DNA of 32,000 bases from Ruminococcus albus 7 = DSM 20455 (GCF_000179635.2 NC_014824.1:180001-212000); one strand, 5' to 3'; shown: positions 8,216 through 17,458, counted from the first letter of the stretch. The notes: a model not told the origin generated them from the sequence alone. Numbers and translations: made by a program.

Positions 8216-9397
8216 ATGGTTCTGCGCAATCAATATCTTGACAGGCTGATTCGCTTGAGAGACAAAGAAATCATTAAGGTTGTTACCGGCGTTCGAAGAT
8301 GCGGAAAGTCAACGCTTCTGAAACAATTTGAACGATATCTTCTGGAAAACGGAGTCGTTGAGGAACAAATTATTTCAATCAATTTTGAGGACATCTCATT
8401 CGATTATTTATTGGAATACCATGCATTGCATCAATATATAACGGAAAGGCTACTTGATGACAGAAAAACATACATTTTCTTAGATGAAATTCAAGCAGTT
8501 TCAGACTTCCAGAAAGCTGTGGACTCACTGTTCCTAAAAGACAATGTGGATATCTATATCACTGGTTCCAATGCACATATGTTATCAGGTGAACTTGCAA
8601 CACTTTTATCCGGAAGATATGTGGAAGTACCGATGCTGCCACTATCATTCTCAGAGTATGCAGAATTGGTTGGCGGAGACGTCAGAAGTGCTTGGAAAAA
8701 ATACTTCACAAGCGGAGGCTTTCCGTATGCTTCACAGATAGAAGATGAAGAAATTCGCCGAGATTATCTTTACGGAATCTATCACACTGTTTTATTGAAG
8801 GACGTAGCTGCAAGGAGAAGGATCAATGACATTGAACTTCTGGAAAGCATTGTCAAATTCCTGTTTGATAATGTTGGTAATATAGTTTCCTCTAAAAAAA
8901 TTGCAGATAGTTTAACCTCATTCGGTCGAAAAACAACATCCCTGACCGTCGAAAACTATGTCACCGCGTTGTGTGAAGCTTTTATCCTATATAAAGTAGG
9001 AAGATACGATGTACAAGGGAAGCAGCATTTAAAATCTCTTGAAAAATACTACATTGTTGATGTCGGACTTCGCAATCTGCTTATTGGCAACCGAAATCGG
9101 GATATTGGTCACATTCTTGAAAACATCGTTTATCTCGAACTGACCAGAAAAGGATATCACGTCAGTGTTGGTAAGCTCGGAGAGCTGGAGATAGATTTTG
9201 TTGCAGAAAAAGACGGCGAAAAAGCCTACTTTCAAGTGGCAGCAACAGTTTTGAGTGAAGAAACCTTTGCAAGAGAGATCGCTCCATTGAAGAGGATCCA
9301 TGATAATTACCCCAAATACATCGTCACAATGGACGAAATCCCGATGGATGAGGATGGGATCAAGGTTATTAATGTGGTGGATTTCCTTACAAAATAG
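8216..9397 (+). CDS. AAA-family ATPase with DUF4143-type C-terminus
   Basis: 393 aa. Walker A GVRRCGKSTLL and Walker B IFLDEIQ. The overall layout is typical of AAA_14/DUF4143 ATP-binding proteins. Confidence 0.8.
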   Translation: MVLRNQYLDRLIRLRDKEIIKVVTGVRRCGKSTLLKQFERYLLENGVVEEQIISINFEDISFDYLLEYHALHQYITERLLDDRKTYIFLDEIQAVSDFQKAVDSLFLKDNVDIYITGSNAHMLSGELATLLSGRYVEVPMLPLSFSEYAELVGGDVRSAWKKYFTSGGFPYASQIEDEEIRRDYLYGIYHTVLLKDVAARRRINDIELLESIVKFLFDNVGNIVSSKKIADSLTSFGRKTTSLTVENYVTALCEAFILYKVGRYDVQGKQHLKSLEKYYIVDVGLRNLLIGNRNRDIGHILENIVYLELTRKGYHVSVGKLGELEIDFVAEKDGEKAYFQVAATVLSEETFAREIAPLKRIHDNYPKYIVTMDEIPMDEDGIKVINVVDFLTK

Positions 9398-9428
9398 GCA
9401 CTCACACAATGATATATAGTAATGAGAA

Positions 9429-9599
9429 ACAAGATAATAATACTAGAAAAGCAAGCGATACCACACGGAGAATGTCAGGACAAGATAATATTAGGTGTTT
9501 TTCGCTGTGTGTCACGCGTGACACATAATAAAATTCCTATCTGTTTAGTAAAGAGGACGTGAATTTAGGCTGTCTATCTTGTCTACAATTACAAGATTA
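9429..9599. promoter_or_regulatory. cluster of ACAAGAT(A) repeats, candidate operator or iteron sites
   Basis: The identical 11-mer ACAAGATAATA occurs at 9429-9439 and 9480-9490. An inverted copy, TATCTTGT, lies at 9575-9582, and ACAAGAT recurs at 9591-9597. All lie in the intergenic region upstream of the repressor promoter. Confidence 0.4.
9508..9525. repeat. 18-bp perfect palindrome TGTGTCACGCGTGACACA, copy 1
   Basis: Exact match read directly. It lies about 100 bp upstream of the repressor promoter. Confidence 0.95.
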
Positions 9600-9621
9600 C
9601 TTTACACTTAGTTAATTATTG

Positions 9622-9650
9622 TTGACATAACCGACGACATGTGATATTAT
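9622..9650 (+). promoter_or_regulatory. sigma70-type promoter of the repressor gene
   Basis: TTGACA (9622-9627), 17 nt spacer, TATTAT (9645-9650). The first possible start codons (GTG 9660 and GTG 9666) are only 10-16 nt downstream of the -10, so the transcript would have a very short leader or none. Confidence 0.55.
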
Positions 9651-9659
9651 AAATAGGGG

Positions 9660-10292
9660 GTGATAGTGACGGAAACCATAGGAAAGCGAATAAAGGAAGC
9701 CAGAATAAAAAAAGGGCTGTCGCAAACAGAATTAGCAGGAAAACTTGGCTATAAATCACGATCATCAATAAACAAGATCGAGACGGGCGGAAGAGATATT
9801 CCAAAAAGTCAAGTAGTTAAAATAGCTGAAATTCTGGATCTGACACCATCTTATCTCATGGGTTGGGAAAATTCCCCTGCACATAACATCCTCTCCCGAG
9901 AGAAAATCCACATGATACCCGTTTATAATAGTATAGATGCAGGCTTCAAAACGTATGACAGCAGTGATATTTCCGGACATCTCCCGTTATATATAGAAAA
10001 TGACAGCGATGTGAAAAACACTATTTGCGTTACTGTAAGAGAACAATCTATGAGTCCGAAGATCGAGGACGGCGATACAATAGTCGTCCACAGGCAAAAC
10101 CACGTTGATAACGGCAAGATAGCAATTGTCATGATTGGCGAGAATACGATAGTAAAGCGCGTGGACTTTAACCGCGACCGTCTGATACTGACCTCGTATA
10201 ATCCCGAATACCCGCCAATGATCATTGAAGGTTCCGAGCTTACAAACGTTAAGGTTGTGGGGCTCGTGCAGCAAATCATAAAAATTATATAA
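9660..10292 (+). CDS. XRE-type HTH plus S24 (LexA/CI-like) peptidase repressor
   Basis: The N-terminal HTH reads GKRIKEARIKKGLSQTELAGKLGYKSRSSINKIETG. The C-terminal S24 motifs are the catalytic Ser in QSMSPKIEDGDTIVV and the Lys in TIVKRV. The start could be GTG 9660 or GTG 9666. Confidence 0.85.
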   Translation: MIVTETIGKRIKEARIKKGLSQTELAGKLGYKSRSSINKIETGGRDIPKSQVVKIAEILDLTPSYLMGWENSPAHNILSREKIHMIPVYNSIDAGFKTYDSSDISGHLPLYIENDSDVKNTICVTVREQSMSPKIEDGDTIVVHRQNHVDNGKIAIVMIGENTIVKRVDFNRDRLILTSYNPEYPPMIIEGSELTNVKVVGLVQQIIKII

Positions 10293-10379
10293 AAATTTTG
10301 GTACGTAAAAAATGGTTATGTGTCAAAAATCAAAAGGGCATTTATACTCAGTAAAGACAAATGCCCGGTCTATTATCCA

Positions 10380-10397
10380 TGTGTCACGCGTGACACA
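10380..10397. repeat. 18-bp palindrome TGTGTCACGCGTGACACA, copy 2
   Basis: Exact match. The palindrome extends to 20 bp here (ATGTGTCACGCGTGACACAT). It lies 10 nt upstream of the conserved promoter module. Confidence 0.95.
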
Positions 10398-10407
10398 TAA
10401 AAAAAAT

Positions 10408-10452
10408 AACTATATATAATTTTTTATTTTTTGAAAAATCTGCTATAATAAT
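10408..10452 (+). promoter_or_regulatory. parA promoter module (extended -10 TGCTATAAT)
   Basis: TGCTATAAT lies at 10441-10449 in an AT-rich tract. By hand alignment without gaps, 36 of the first 44 positions match the segment at 22814-22858. Confidence 0.55.
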
Positions 10453-10500
10453 TATAACAGGTCATTTCAATAATAAGAAAGAATGATCTTTAATTATACA

Positions 10501-10518
10501 TGTGTCACGCGTGACACA
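10501..10518. repeat. 18-bp palindrome TGTGTCACGCGTGACACA, copy 3
   Basis: Exact match, located between the parA promoter and the parA start codon, which is an operator-like position. Confidence 0.95.
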
Positions 10519-10536
10519 GAAAGGATGTATTATATC

Positions 10537-11310
10537 ATGGCTATTACCATTTCTATCTGCAACGAAAAAGGTGGAGTCGGAAAGACTACAACTACCATAA
10601 ATCTTGCCGGAGGACTTGCCAGCCTTGGCAAGAAAGTTCTGGTTATTGATCTCGATCAGCAGCAGAATACAAGTTTAACGCTGGGACATATAAAAGACGG
10701 CAAAATTACCATAGCCGAACTTATATATAATTCTGTGGCAGGAATTGAGACTGACCACGCTTCAGCTATAAGGCATAATGAAACTGGTATTGACTACATA
10801 CCGGCTTCTGATATGCTTACAAACATTACATCAATAATGTCAAATGATCCGGATTATAACTATGTTATTAAAAAATTGCTTTCAAATGACATATATAAAC
10901 AGTATGATTATATACTTATAGACTGCCGTACATTGCTTGATCTTCTCGTGTCAAATGCAATGAATGCAAGTGATTACGTAATTATACCCGTAGAAAGCGG
11001 AATATATGCCTATATGGGTCTGGATAAGATGCTTGATAAGGTATCTTCGATCAATAATAGCACAAATAAGAAGCTCAAAGTGCTTGGTATTCTCCTGAAT
11101 AAAACGCAGCGAACAAATGTCAGCACATCCCTTGCAGAATCAATTCGCGAGGAATATACAAATATAACGTTTAAGACTGTTATACCATTTTGCCCTGCTC
11201 AGACAGAACAGGCTGTGTTTAATAAAAAATCGAATGTATTCGATAAAAAATCCACCCTCGGAAAGACTTTCCTTAAGCTTACAAAAGAAGTCATTGAAAA
11301 AATAAAATGA
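10537..11310 (+). CDS. parA: ParA/Soj-family partition ATPase
   Basis: The deviant Walker A CNEKGGVGKTTTT sits at the N-terminus when translation starts at ATG 10537 (MAITISI...). The track start at 10483 would translate through palindrome copy 3, so I rejected it. Confidence 0.9.
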   Translation: MAITISICNEKGGVGKTTTTINLAGGLASLGKKVLVIDLDQQQNTSLTLGHIKDGKITIAELIYNSVAGIETDHASAIRHNETGIDYIPASDMLTNITSIMSNDPDYNYVIKKLLSNDIYKQYDYILIDCRTLLDLLVSNAMNASDYVIIPVESGIYAYMGLDKMLDKVSSINNSTNKKLKVLGILLNKTQRTNVSTSLAESIREEYTNITFKTVIPFCPAQTEQAVFNKKSNVFDKKSTLGKTFLKLTKEVIEKIK

Positions 11311-11331
11311 TTCGGATGAGGAGAACATAAA

Positions 11332-12264
11332 ATGGCTAAAATTGATTTTAAAGCAATGAAAAATGCTCAAAAAGCTGTCGAAGATAAAGTCGAAGATAAT
11401 ATACCCGAGGGACTCGAAAAAAGCTACACAGATTTATGGAGCGGAGGCAAGGAAACAGTAATACAAGTCGATATTTCCAGGCTGGTTCCTTACTCAGATG
11501 AAAACGGAAACGAACAACCATTCAAGATCAACCAGAAAAGAGTTGAACAAATAGCAGAAAGTGCTAAAGATATTGGTATTGTCAGCCCCCTGACTGTTAT
11601 CAGTAAGGGAGATATATATCAAATAATTTCCGGACATCACAGACTTGAAGCAGCTAAGCTTATCGGTCAGCTGAAGGTTCCATGTATAGTTAAGAACTAT
11701 ACTGAGGATATTGTTTATAAAGCCGTGTCTGAAAGCAATATCCAGAGAGATAAAACATACCCGAGCGAATACGCAAAGATCTTTTCAAAGTATTTCAAAA
11801 TGAGAGACGATGAAGACTTGACAGCAGAAGAGATAGCAAAAAAGTTCGGCGTTTCAAGAAAAACTATATACAGGTATATAAATGTCGAAAAGCTGATACC
11901 TGAACTTCAGTATCTCGTGGATGACGAGATAATAAAGTTCAACGCGGTTGAATACATCAAGGGATTTTCTGAGGATGTTCAGAGAGAACTGTATAATGTT
12001 CTTTCAGAAAACAAGCTCTCTCTGACGAGAGTAACTGCTATAAAACTCAGAGATTATATAAACGAGCTTGCAGATGAAATTACAGCTGATGAGATCCTGG
12101 AAATGATGACTGTTCCGGACAAGCCAAAGTCAAAAGGTCCCTATAAAAACAAGGTTTACTGTTCTATTTCTGAAAAATACGGGATAAAAATGACGGAAAA
12201 CGAACTTGATGAACTCACTGAAAAGCTTCTTGAGCAATATTTCAGTAAGAAAAAGAAAAAATAG
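11332..12264 (+). CDS. parB: ParB-like partition or DNA-binding protein
   Basis: It lies directly downstream of parA, with GAGGAG before the ATG. ParB N-terminal-domain motif IISGHHRLEAAKLIG. HTH EIAKKFGVSRKTIYRYI. Confidence 0.8.
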   Translation: MAKIDFKAMKNAQKAVEDKVEDNIPEGLEKSYTDLWSGGKETVIQVDISRLVPYSDENGNEQPFKINQKRVEQIAESAKDIGIVSPLTVISKGDIYQIISGHHRLEAAKLIGQLKVPCIVKNYTEDIVYKAVSESNIQRDKTYPSEYAKIFSKYFKMRDDEDLTAEEIAKKFGVSRKTIYRYINVEKLIPELQYLVDDEIIKFNAVEYIKGFSEDVQRELYNVLSENKLSLTRVTAIKLRDYINELADEITADEILEMMTVPDKPKSKGPYKNKVYCSISEKYGIKMTENELDELTEKLLEQYFSKKKKK

Positions 12265-12309
12265 CCATAAGGCTGTTTCTTCATAAATAATACGCTCTTT
12301 ACCCAAAAG

Positions 12310-12350
12310 CAAGACCATGTAGAAATTTTTTCATACATGGTCTTGTTTTT
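12310..12350 (+). terminator. rho-independent terminator after parB
   Basis: A 12-bp stem, CAAGACCATGTA (12310-12321) paired with TACATGGTCTTG (12334-12345), is followed by TTTTT. Confidence 0.8.
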
Positions 12351-12410
12351 ATGTCCAAAAACAACCAATTTAGTGAAGTCATACTACGGCATCGATAAAC
12401 TATCCGTAAA

Positions 12411-12442
12411 AATAAAAAAGGCAAGCTGCAAACTTGCCTTTT
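12411..12442 (-). terminator. terminator of the small membrane-protein gene (bidirectional shape)
   Basis: The stem AAGGCAAG / CTTGCCTT (12418-12440) is flanked by an A run on the plus strand, which is a T run on the minus strand. Confidence 0.65.
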
Positions 12443-12447
12443 GAATT

Positions 12448-12690
12448 TCACTTCTTTTTCTTTATAGTATAAATTGCATATATGATACCTATGATAATGA
12501 TTAATGGCAAAAGAACTCTTATAATCATCGAAAGCGTAAATACCAGAAGCTTTAAAATTGACGCAGCCGCAAGCACCATGAAGATTGCTGACACTACCTT
12601 AACGGCTTTACTTTTGCTTGCTGCAAAAAAGAAAAGTGCAACAAGAAATACGCCTATTAATACAGGAACACTAAATATAATCGTTAACAT
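12448..12690 (-). CDS. small hydrophobic membrane protein (80 aa)
   Basis: GGAGG lies 9 nt upstream of the ATG at 12688-12690. The sequence is almost entirely hydrophobic, with about 3 helices and a KKKK tail. The gene has its own terminator. Confidence 0.6.
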   Translation of the reverse strand: MLTIIFSVPVLIGVFLVALFFFAASKSKAVKVVSAIFMVLAAASILKLLVFTLSMIIRVLLPLIIIIGIIYAIYTIKKKK

Positions 12691-12885
12691 GATTATTTTC
12701 CTCCTTATCTTTTTATTGCCATTTCTCTTCTAATTTTCTACATTATATCACAAAAAAACGATAAAAGTCAATACGCAGAAAATGAGTTTACTGAAAACTT
12801 CGTTACCAGTATCTTAGTAAAATAAGGAAAAACAACTAAAAGAACGTTTCTTTTAGCTAATACACTCTTTACCTCACAAAAAAGC

Positions 12886-12914
12886 TTGACAAATAGAAAA
12901 ACTTGACGTATAAT
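12886..12914 (+). promoter_or_regulatory. consensus sigma70 promoter upstream of tnpV-like gene
   Basis: TTGACA (12886-12891), 17 nt spacer, TATAAT (12909-12914). Confidence 0.6.
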
Positions 12915-13040
12915 ATATAGTGGGATAGTTTATAGTTATTCTATTAAGTAAAAACACACCGTTCAATACATTCAGTACAGCCAGTGAAGCATTGCTCAAT
13001 GTGAAGAGAATAATCAACGATAAATCTATCAAAGAAAGGA

Positions 13041-13631
13041 ATGAGCGTAATGACATACGAAAAATGGAAAACCTTAACAGAGGAAGAAAAGCAGAACGTT
13101 CCGGACGAGGAGCTTCCGGTTATTCCGGTGGAACAGCTGCGAAACAGCATAGTATCAGCTCGAATGGTGAGAGTGAACGGAGAACTGGGCTGGGAAGCAA
13201 TTCAGAAAGTAGAAGATCAGGAAAACAAGATGTGGTTTCTGGAATACAAGACTCAGGAACTGGAATGTCAGAAGATCTGGTACAAGTTCAATCCTCTGAA
13301 CGGAACTTACAGCATGAATCTGTCAGAAACAGAGCCGACAATAGAGGAAGAACCGATAGGAATATACGGTCAGAAGTGGATGAAGTGGATGGAGGAAAAC
13401 TATCCGGAGAGAGTGACAGAAATGAAGTTCTATCACAAATACCTGACAACAGCCAGAGCGGTGGACAGCAGAGCTTGGGAACACAAAGAACTGCTGGACA
13501 GACAGTACGAGAAGGAGAATCCACGTCCGGAGAATTTCGAGGAAGTGCTGACATGGGAACAAACAAGAGCATTTACAGTGGACAGCACAGTGATGAGAGA
13601 AACAGTCTTAGTTCCGGTAACGAGACCGTAA
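13041..13631 (+). CDS. TnpV-like transposon-associated protein
   Basis: 196 aa. The C-terminal half IGIYGQKWMKWMEENYPERV...ENFEEVLTWEQTRAFTVDSTVMRETVLVP has the layout I recall for clostridial TnpV proteins (Tn4451 family). The segment is visibly more GC- and purine-rich than its neighbours. Confidence 0.6.
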   Translation: MSVMTYEKWKTLTEEEKQNVPDEELPVIPVEQLRNSIVSARMVRVNGELGWEAIQKVEDQENKMWFLEYKTQELECQKIWYKFNPLNGTYSMNLSETEPTIEEEPIGIYGQKWMKWMEENYPERVTEMKFYHKYLTTARAVDSRAWEHKELLDRQYEKENPRPENFEEVLTWEQTRAFTVDSTVMRETVLVPVTRP

Positions 13632-13735
13632 AAGATAAATTTGATACATATATCAACCCGTCAACCAATTCGGGCGGTACTAATATAGAAGTTTTTCAAC
13701 AGATATTATGTAAAGACCTATACAGCGGGCTATAA

Positions 13736-13789
13736 ACAGAACAGGCAGATACTTCAATTACGAGGTATCTGCCTGTTCTGTATTTTTTA
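13736..13789. terminator. bidirectional terminator between convergent genes
   Basis: A 17-bp perfect stem, ACAGAACAGGCAGATAC (13736-13752) paired with GTATCTGCCTGTTCTGT (13765-13781), is followed by ATTTTTT. Confidence 0.8.
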
Positions 13790-13833
13790 TAGCGCAGCAA
13801 TCTGTACATAATATAGATACCATTGTTTTTTGG

Positions 13834-15531
13834 CTATTTGGGTTTACGTTCATTTCTTGTACGAATAGCATTAGGAGAATCGTCATCTTGCCACGTATGG
13901 TCATTATATATGACATCTGGTATCGCTTCAAATAACTCATAAATCAAATCATGAGCTGAATTATTATTTGGAACCGTATGAAATAGCGGAATTACGCCAA
14001 AAGAAATGTAAAACAATTGTTTGCGAAGCATTTGATTTGGGGAACAAACCACATGAATGTACTTATATTTTCCGTTTAAAAAAATCTGAGATGCAACATA
14101 ACATTCGTCAGCAGAGTTATATACACCATTTTCACCCTTATACTTTTGATTATATTCATCTCCTAATAAGGATTCGATAGGTATTCCAAGCTTTGTTAGA
14201 TATTTAACCCCTGCAAGACTTAGTGAATACTGGTCTTGTATGCCATTTGCTGTATGAACACTACCAGGGATATATATTCCAACTCTTCGATTGCCTTTTC
14301 TTAGCTTATTATACAATTCGAATGCAAAGTTTAACCTTTCTTTAAATTCTGAATCTGGCTCGCCATGATTAAGCGGATGCTGAGCTGCAACCTCAATAAG
14401 TTCATCTTCATATTGCATATGTATTTTCATGTTAATATCTGCTTTTCTATATAAAGATTCCCAATATGTCCGTGCATTTGTTTTTTCTAAGCCAAAATTA
14501 AATGTTGATGGATTTATTAATTCCGTCACTTCAAAAAAAGATAATCTATGCTTAGCTTCATCAATCAATGCATTTATGTAATTATATGTTCGTTTGGCTA
14601 TCGTATTTTCATTGATATTGCCAGAGAACACAAATGAAGTAGTTCCATTAATAGTTCTTGCAGGTGGCATTGTCATTGACTGATACCCCCATACTTCGGT
14701 TTCATTTATGCCCATAATAATTGTTTGACGCAAATATGTAAATGCGCATCCAATATACACAGATCCGACTGTACTTTGATTTGACAAATTCTGTGCTTTT
14801 AGCACTTCTCGCTTAATCGTTTTAATTATATTTTCAAATTGTGTCGCAAATGCATCTCTTGATAATTCTTTATCATAAGGCGTTTCAGTATCAGCCACAT
14901 CATTGATAAACTCAGAATACTTATTCGGTAGTAATATAGTAAAAGAAGTGCCATGAACAAGCGAATCTGCAATGAAATCTGATGACAACGCTGTAATTAA
15001 GTTTGCGCCGGTGGTTGTAAGAATATAAATGTTTGTTTTGTTTTTTAAATTTTTAATTAAAACTTGAGGAGCAAGACCACTATCTAAAAAACCTTTAATG
15101 CCTCTTTGTTTACAATAGTCTAATGGGGAAATCAAATAATCTACACTATTATTATCACATTCTAACTCATCAGTAATAAAACTATTCGTGCCGTCTGAAA
15201 TAAAATCGCTTGTTAATTTAATGGAACAATAGTATTTTTTATCTCTCGTAACGATATAAGTGTATTTTCTCGTGCCTTTTATCTTTATGTCCTCAATATA
15301 TTCTCTTAACACACTTATATGATATGGTACATCACCTGTACCGTTGTCGTTCTCCCAGCATTCTTGGCGTATTCGATCACAAGATAAAGGAAGAGGTGAG
15401 TTGTTAGCTAAATACTCTAAAATACGAAATGGGATTCCGGTTAATGCCTCTTCCTTAGGAATACCATCGGTATAGAGTAATTGAGTATCAAAATCAAAAT
15501 ATTTATGTGAATCAAAAATTAATTTAGACAT
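13834..15531 (-). CDS. winged-helix (OmpR/PhoB-type)-like N-terminus, unknown middle domain, DUF218/YdcF/SanA-like C-terminus
   Basis: I prefer the ATG at 15529-15531 (MSKLIFD...) because GGAGG lies just upstream; this gives 565 aa. The N-terminus FRILEYLANN...LSCDRIRQECWE...HISVLREYI resembles a trans_reg_C wHTH. The C-terminus GIYIPGSVH...YNSADECYVASQIF...IHVVCSPNQMLRKQLFY resembles DUF218. Both domain calls are from memory. Confidence 0.6.
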   Translation of the reverse strand: MSKLIFDSHKYFDFDTQLLYTDGIPKEEALTGIPFRILEYLANNSPLPLSCDRIRQECWENDNGTGDVPYHISVLREYIEDIKIKGTRKYTYIVTRDKKYYCSIKLTSDFISDGTNSFITDELECDNNSVDYLISPLDYCKQRGIKGFLDSGLAPQVLIKNLKNKTNIYILTTTGANLITALSSDFIADSLVHGTSFTILLPNKYSEFINDVADTETPYDKELSRDAFATQFENIIKTIKREVLKAQNLSNQSTVGSVYIGCAFTYLRQTIIMGINETEVWGYQSMTMPPARTINGTTSFVFSGNINENTIAKRTYNYINALIDEAKHRLSFFEVTELINPSTFNFGLEKTNARTYWESLYRKADINMKIHMQYEDELIEVAAQHPLNHGEPDSEFKERLNFAFELYNKLRKGNRRVGIYIPGSVHTANGIQDQYSLSLAGVKYLTKLGIPIESLLGDEYNQKYKGENGVYNSADECYVASQIFLNGKYKYIHVVCSPNQMLRKQLFYISFGVIPLFHTVPNNNSAHDLIYELFEAIPDVIYNDHTWQDDDSPNAIRTRNERKPK

Positions 15532-15739
15532 AATGCCTCCCATAGTAAGTACATTCAAAACAAATCCATAACTAATGAAAGAATTTCAAATCTCATTCTG
15601 AATCTATTTTATAACTAATAGGGCTGTGTTACACTATAAATACAGAGAAAAAGCAATCCAACATCTAAAATGCTATGTATGATTATAGCATAATTCTGAT
15701 AGAATTACAACCCTTAAATGATAATTAGGAGGAATCGCT

Positions 15740-17458
15740 ATGAAAAAATATCTTTCCATTATGAGTCGAAAAACAAAGATCAAATGTGCAGGAATTATTA
15801 TTCTTGCTTTTGTAAGTTCGTTACTTGCCTCTCTTTGGCCTGTAAGACTGGCTGAACTCTACACAAACATTTCCAATGGTACTATCAATACACTGGCTAA
15901 AGGAGCCTTAGCCGTTGCAACCTTCGGTTTGATTTATCTTTCTGCCGAGTGCATTACGATACTTCGTAGAGTTATGCTGGACTGCGTAATTGCTACACAC
16001 GAATCGGAAGTACGTGAAAACAGTGTTGAAAAGCTTCTTAAAATGCCTGCATCATTTTACTCTGGTAGCTTAAGCGGTGAAAAAACAGCACAGTTAAATC
16101 AGGGGGTTGCAGGATTCAGTCAGCTCATAAAAATCATGTGCAACGACGTATTCGCCACTGTTCTTACGGCGGTTTGCACGCTTGTACAGGTTTTTCTGAA
16201 TGCGCCGTGGATTATGGTTGGAATCATGATGCTGTACCTTGCTCTGACAATTCTCATTTCAGTATTCCAGATTCGTTCGCAGAATGGTATTCGTGAAAAA
16301 ATAGTTGGATACAAGAACTCTCTTGATGGTCAGATCTGCCAGTCCATCATGAATCTTGAACTTATCAGAAGCATGAATGCTGAGGAGTATGAGAAAAAAA
16401 GGCTTGTTCCGTCAATCTTGAATATTAGTAATACCGAGAAAAGGCACCACAAATATATGGGATCTTTTGACTGCGTAAAGCAGTTCTGCAAGATCTCATT
16501 CCAGATTATTCTGCTGATTGCTTCGGTAGTTCTCGTTTCTAGCGGAAAGATGTCTGGTGCATCAGTAATTACAGTATGCCTTCTATTCCAGCAACTTGTC
16601 AAGCCTATTGATGAAGTGTATCGTTTTATGGATGAAACAGCTTCTTCCGTAATCAAAGCGAAGGCTTTGCTCGAAGTGACCTCTAACCCATCTGATGAGG
16701 TATTCAACATCAATTCCTCTGGTGAAAAAACCATTGGAAACAAGATCGTTCTTAATGATGTTATCGTAACTAATCCGGCTAAAACTGAACAGATTGCTTG
16801 GTACGAAGATATAATAATCCCCACCAACTCTGTAATCGCACTCCAGGGTCCAAATGGTTGTGGTAAGTCTTCCCTTGTAAAGTGTTTGAACAGATATTAC
16901 CCACATATTCAGGGCACAATTCGTCTTTTCGGTCGAGATCAGTCATCGTTTGACCAGAAAGAACTCACTTCGATGATCTATTACACTCCTCAGAGTTCAT
17001 TCTTTATTGCTGGCACCGTTAGAGAAAACCTGATGTATGGTATTGAAAGAGACGTATCTGATGCAGAACTGGCTGATGCACTCTATCGTGTTCATTTGAC
17101 TGGAACAGGACATGGTGATACTGTTATAGATGTAGATGCAAAAGAAGCTCTTGATTCTTTTATCAATGAGAAGTCCGAGAGACTCTCCGGTGGTATGAAG
17201 CAGAGACTATCTATGGCTAGAGCATTTCTTCGTCACCCTAAGCTGTTCATCTTCGATGAAATCACAGCTAATTTAGATGAAAATTCAAGAGACTTTGTAC
17301 TTGCGAATATCGAAAGCTACGCAAAGAGCATCGGCGCAGGTATCATGTACATCAGTCACGATTCGTGTGTAGTAAAGAGATGTGAGGAAATAGTTACAAT
17401 CAATAACAAGCTTCGCAGGAATACTATGGACAAATTAAGCGAAACAGAGGTGGCATGA
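15740..17458 (+). CDS. ABC exporter, fused permease and ATP-binding protein
   Basis: 572 aa. The N-terminal half has about 6 hydrophobic helices. NBD motifs: Walker A GPNGCGKSSL, signature LSGGMKQRL, Walker B LFIFDEITANLD. GGAGG lies upstream of the ATG. Confidence 0.9.
   Translation: MKKYLSIMSRKTKIKCAGIIILAFVSSLLASLWPVRLAELYTNISNGTINTLAKGALAVATFGLIYLSAECITILRRVMLDCVIATHESEVRENSVEKLLKMPASFYSGSLSGEKTAQLNQGVAGFSQLIKIMCNDVFATVLTAVCTLVQVFLNAPWIMVGIMMLYLALTILISVFQIRSQNGIREKIVGYKNSLDGQICQSIMNLELIRSMNAEEYEKKRLVPSILNISNTEKRHHKYMGSFDCVKQFCKISFQIILLIASVVLVSSGKMSGASVITVCLLFQQLVKPIDEVYRFMDETASSVIKAKALLEVTSNPSDEVFNINSSGEKTIGNKIVLNDVIVTNPAKTEQIAWYEDIIIPTNSVIALQGPNGCGKSSLVKCLNRYYPHIQGTIRLFGRDQSSFDQKELTSMIYYTPQSSFFIAGTVRENLMYGIERDVSDAELADALYRVHLTGTGHGDTVIDVDAKEALDSFINEKSERLSGGMKQRLSMARAFLRHPKLFIFDEITANLDENSRDFVLANIESYAKSIGAGIMYISHDSCVVKRCEEIVTINNKLRRNTMDKLSETEVA

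Noticed and set aside
10483-10536. The ORF-track start for parA is at 10483.
   Set aside because: It would translate through palindrome copy 3. It would also put 18 non-conserved residues ahead of the deviant Walker A, which normally sits at the extreme N-terminus. ATG 10537 is the better start.
12288-12873. Direct repeats TAATACGCTCTTTACC (12288-12303) and TAATACACTCTTTACC (12858-12873) flank the small membrane-protein gene. They could be att-like cassette boundaries.
   Set aside because: A 15/16 match is expected several times by chance in 32 kb, and the flanking similarity is weak. On its own this is not enough to claim a recombination site.
12992-13735. A 247-aa ORF overlaps the tnpV-like gene in another frame, and two antisense ORFs lie at 13288-13572 and 13323-13562. 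Four of the six frames are open here.
   Set aside because: The translation is low-complexity and rich in R, S, G and E. The region is purine-rich and T-poor, which suppresses stop codons in several frames. The 13041-13631 frame gives a protein-like, TnpV-type sequence with a promoter and RBS. I treat the other frames as compositional artefacts, not overlapping genes.
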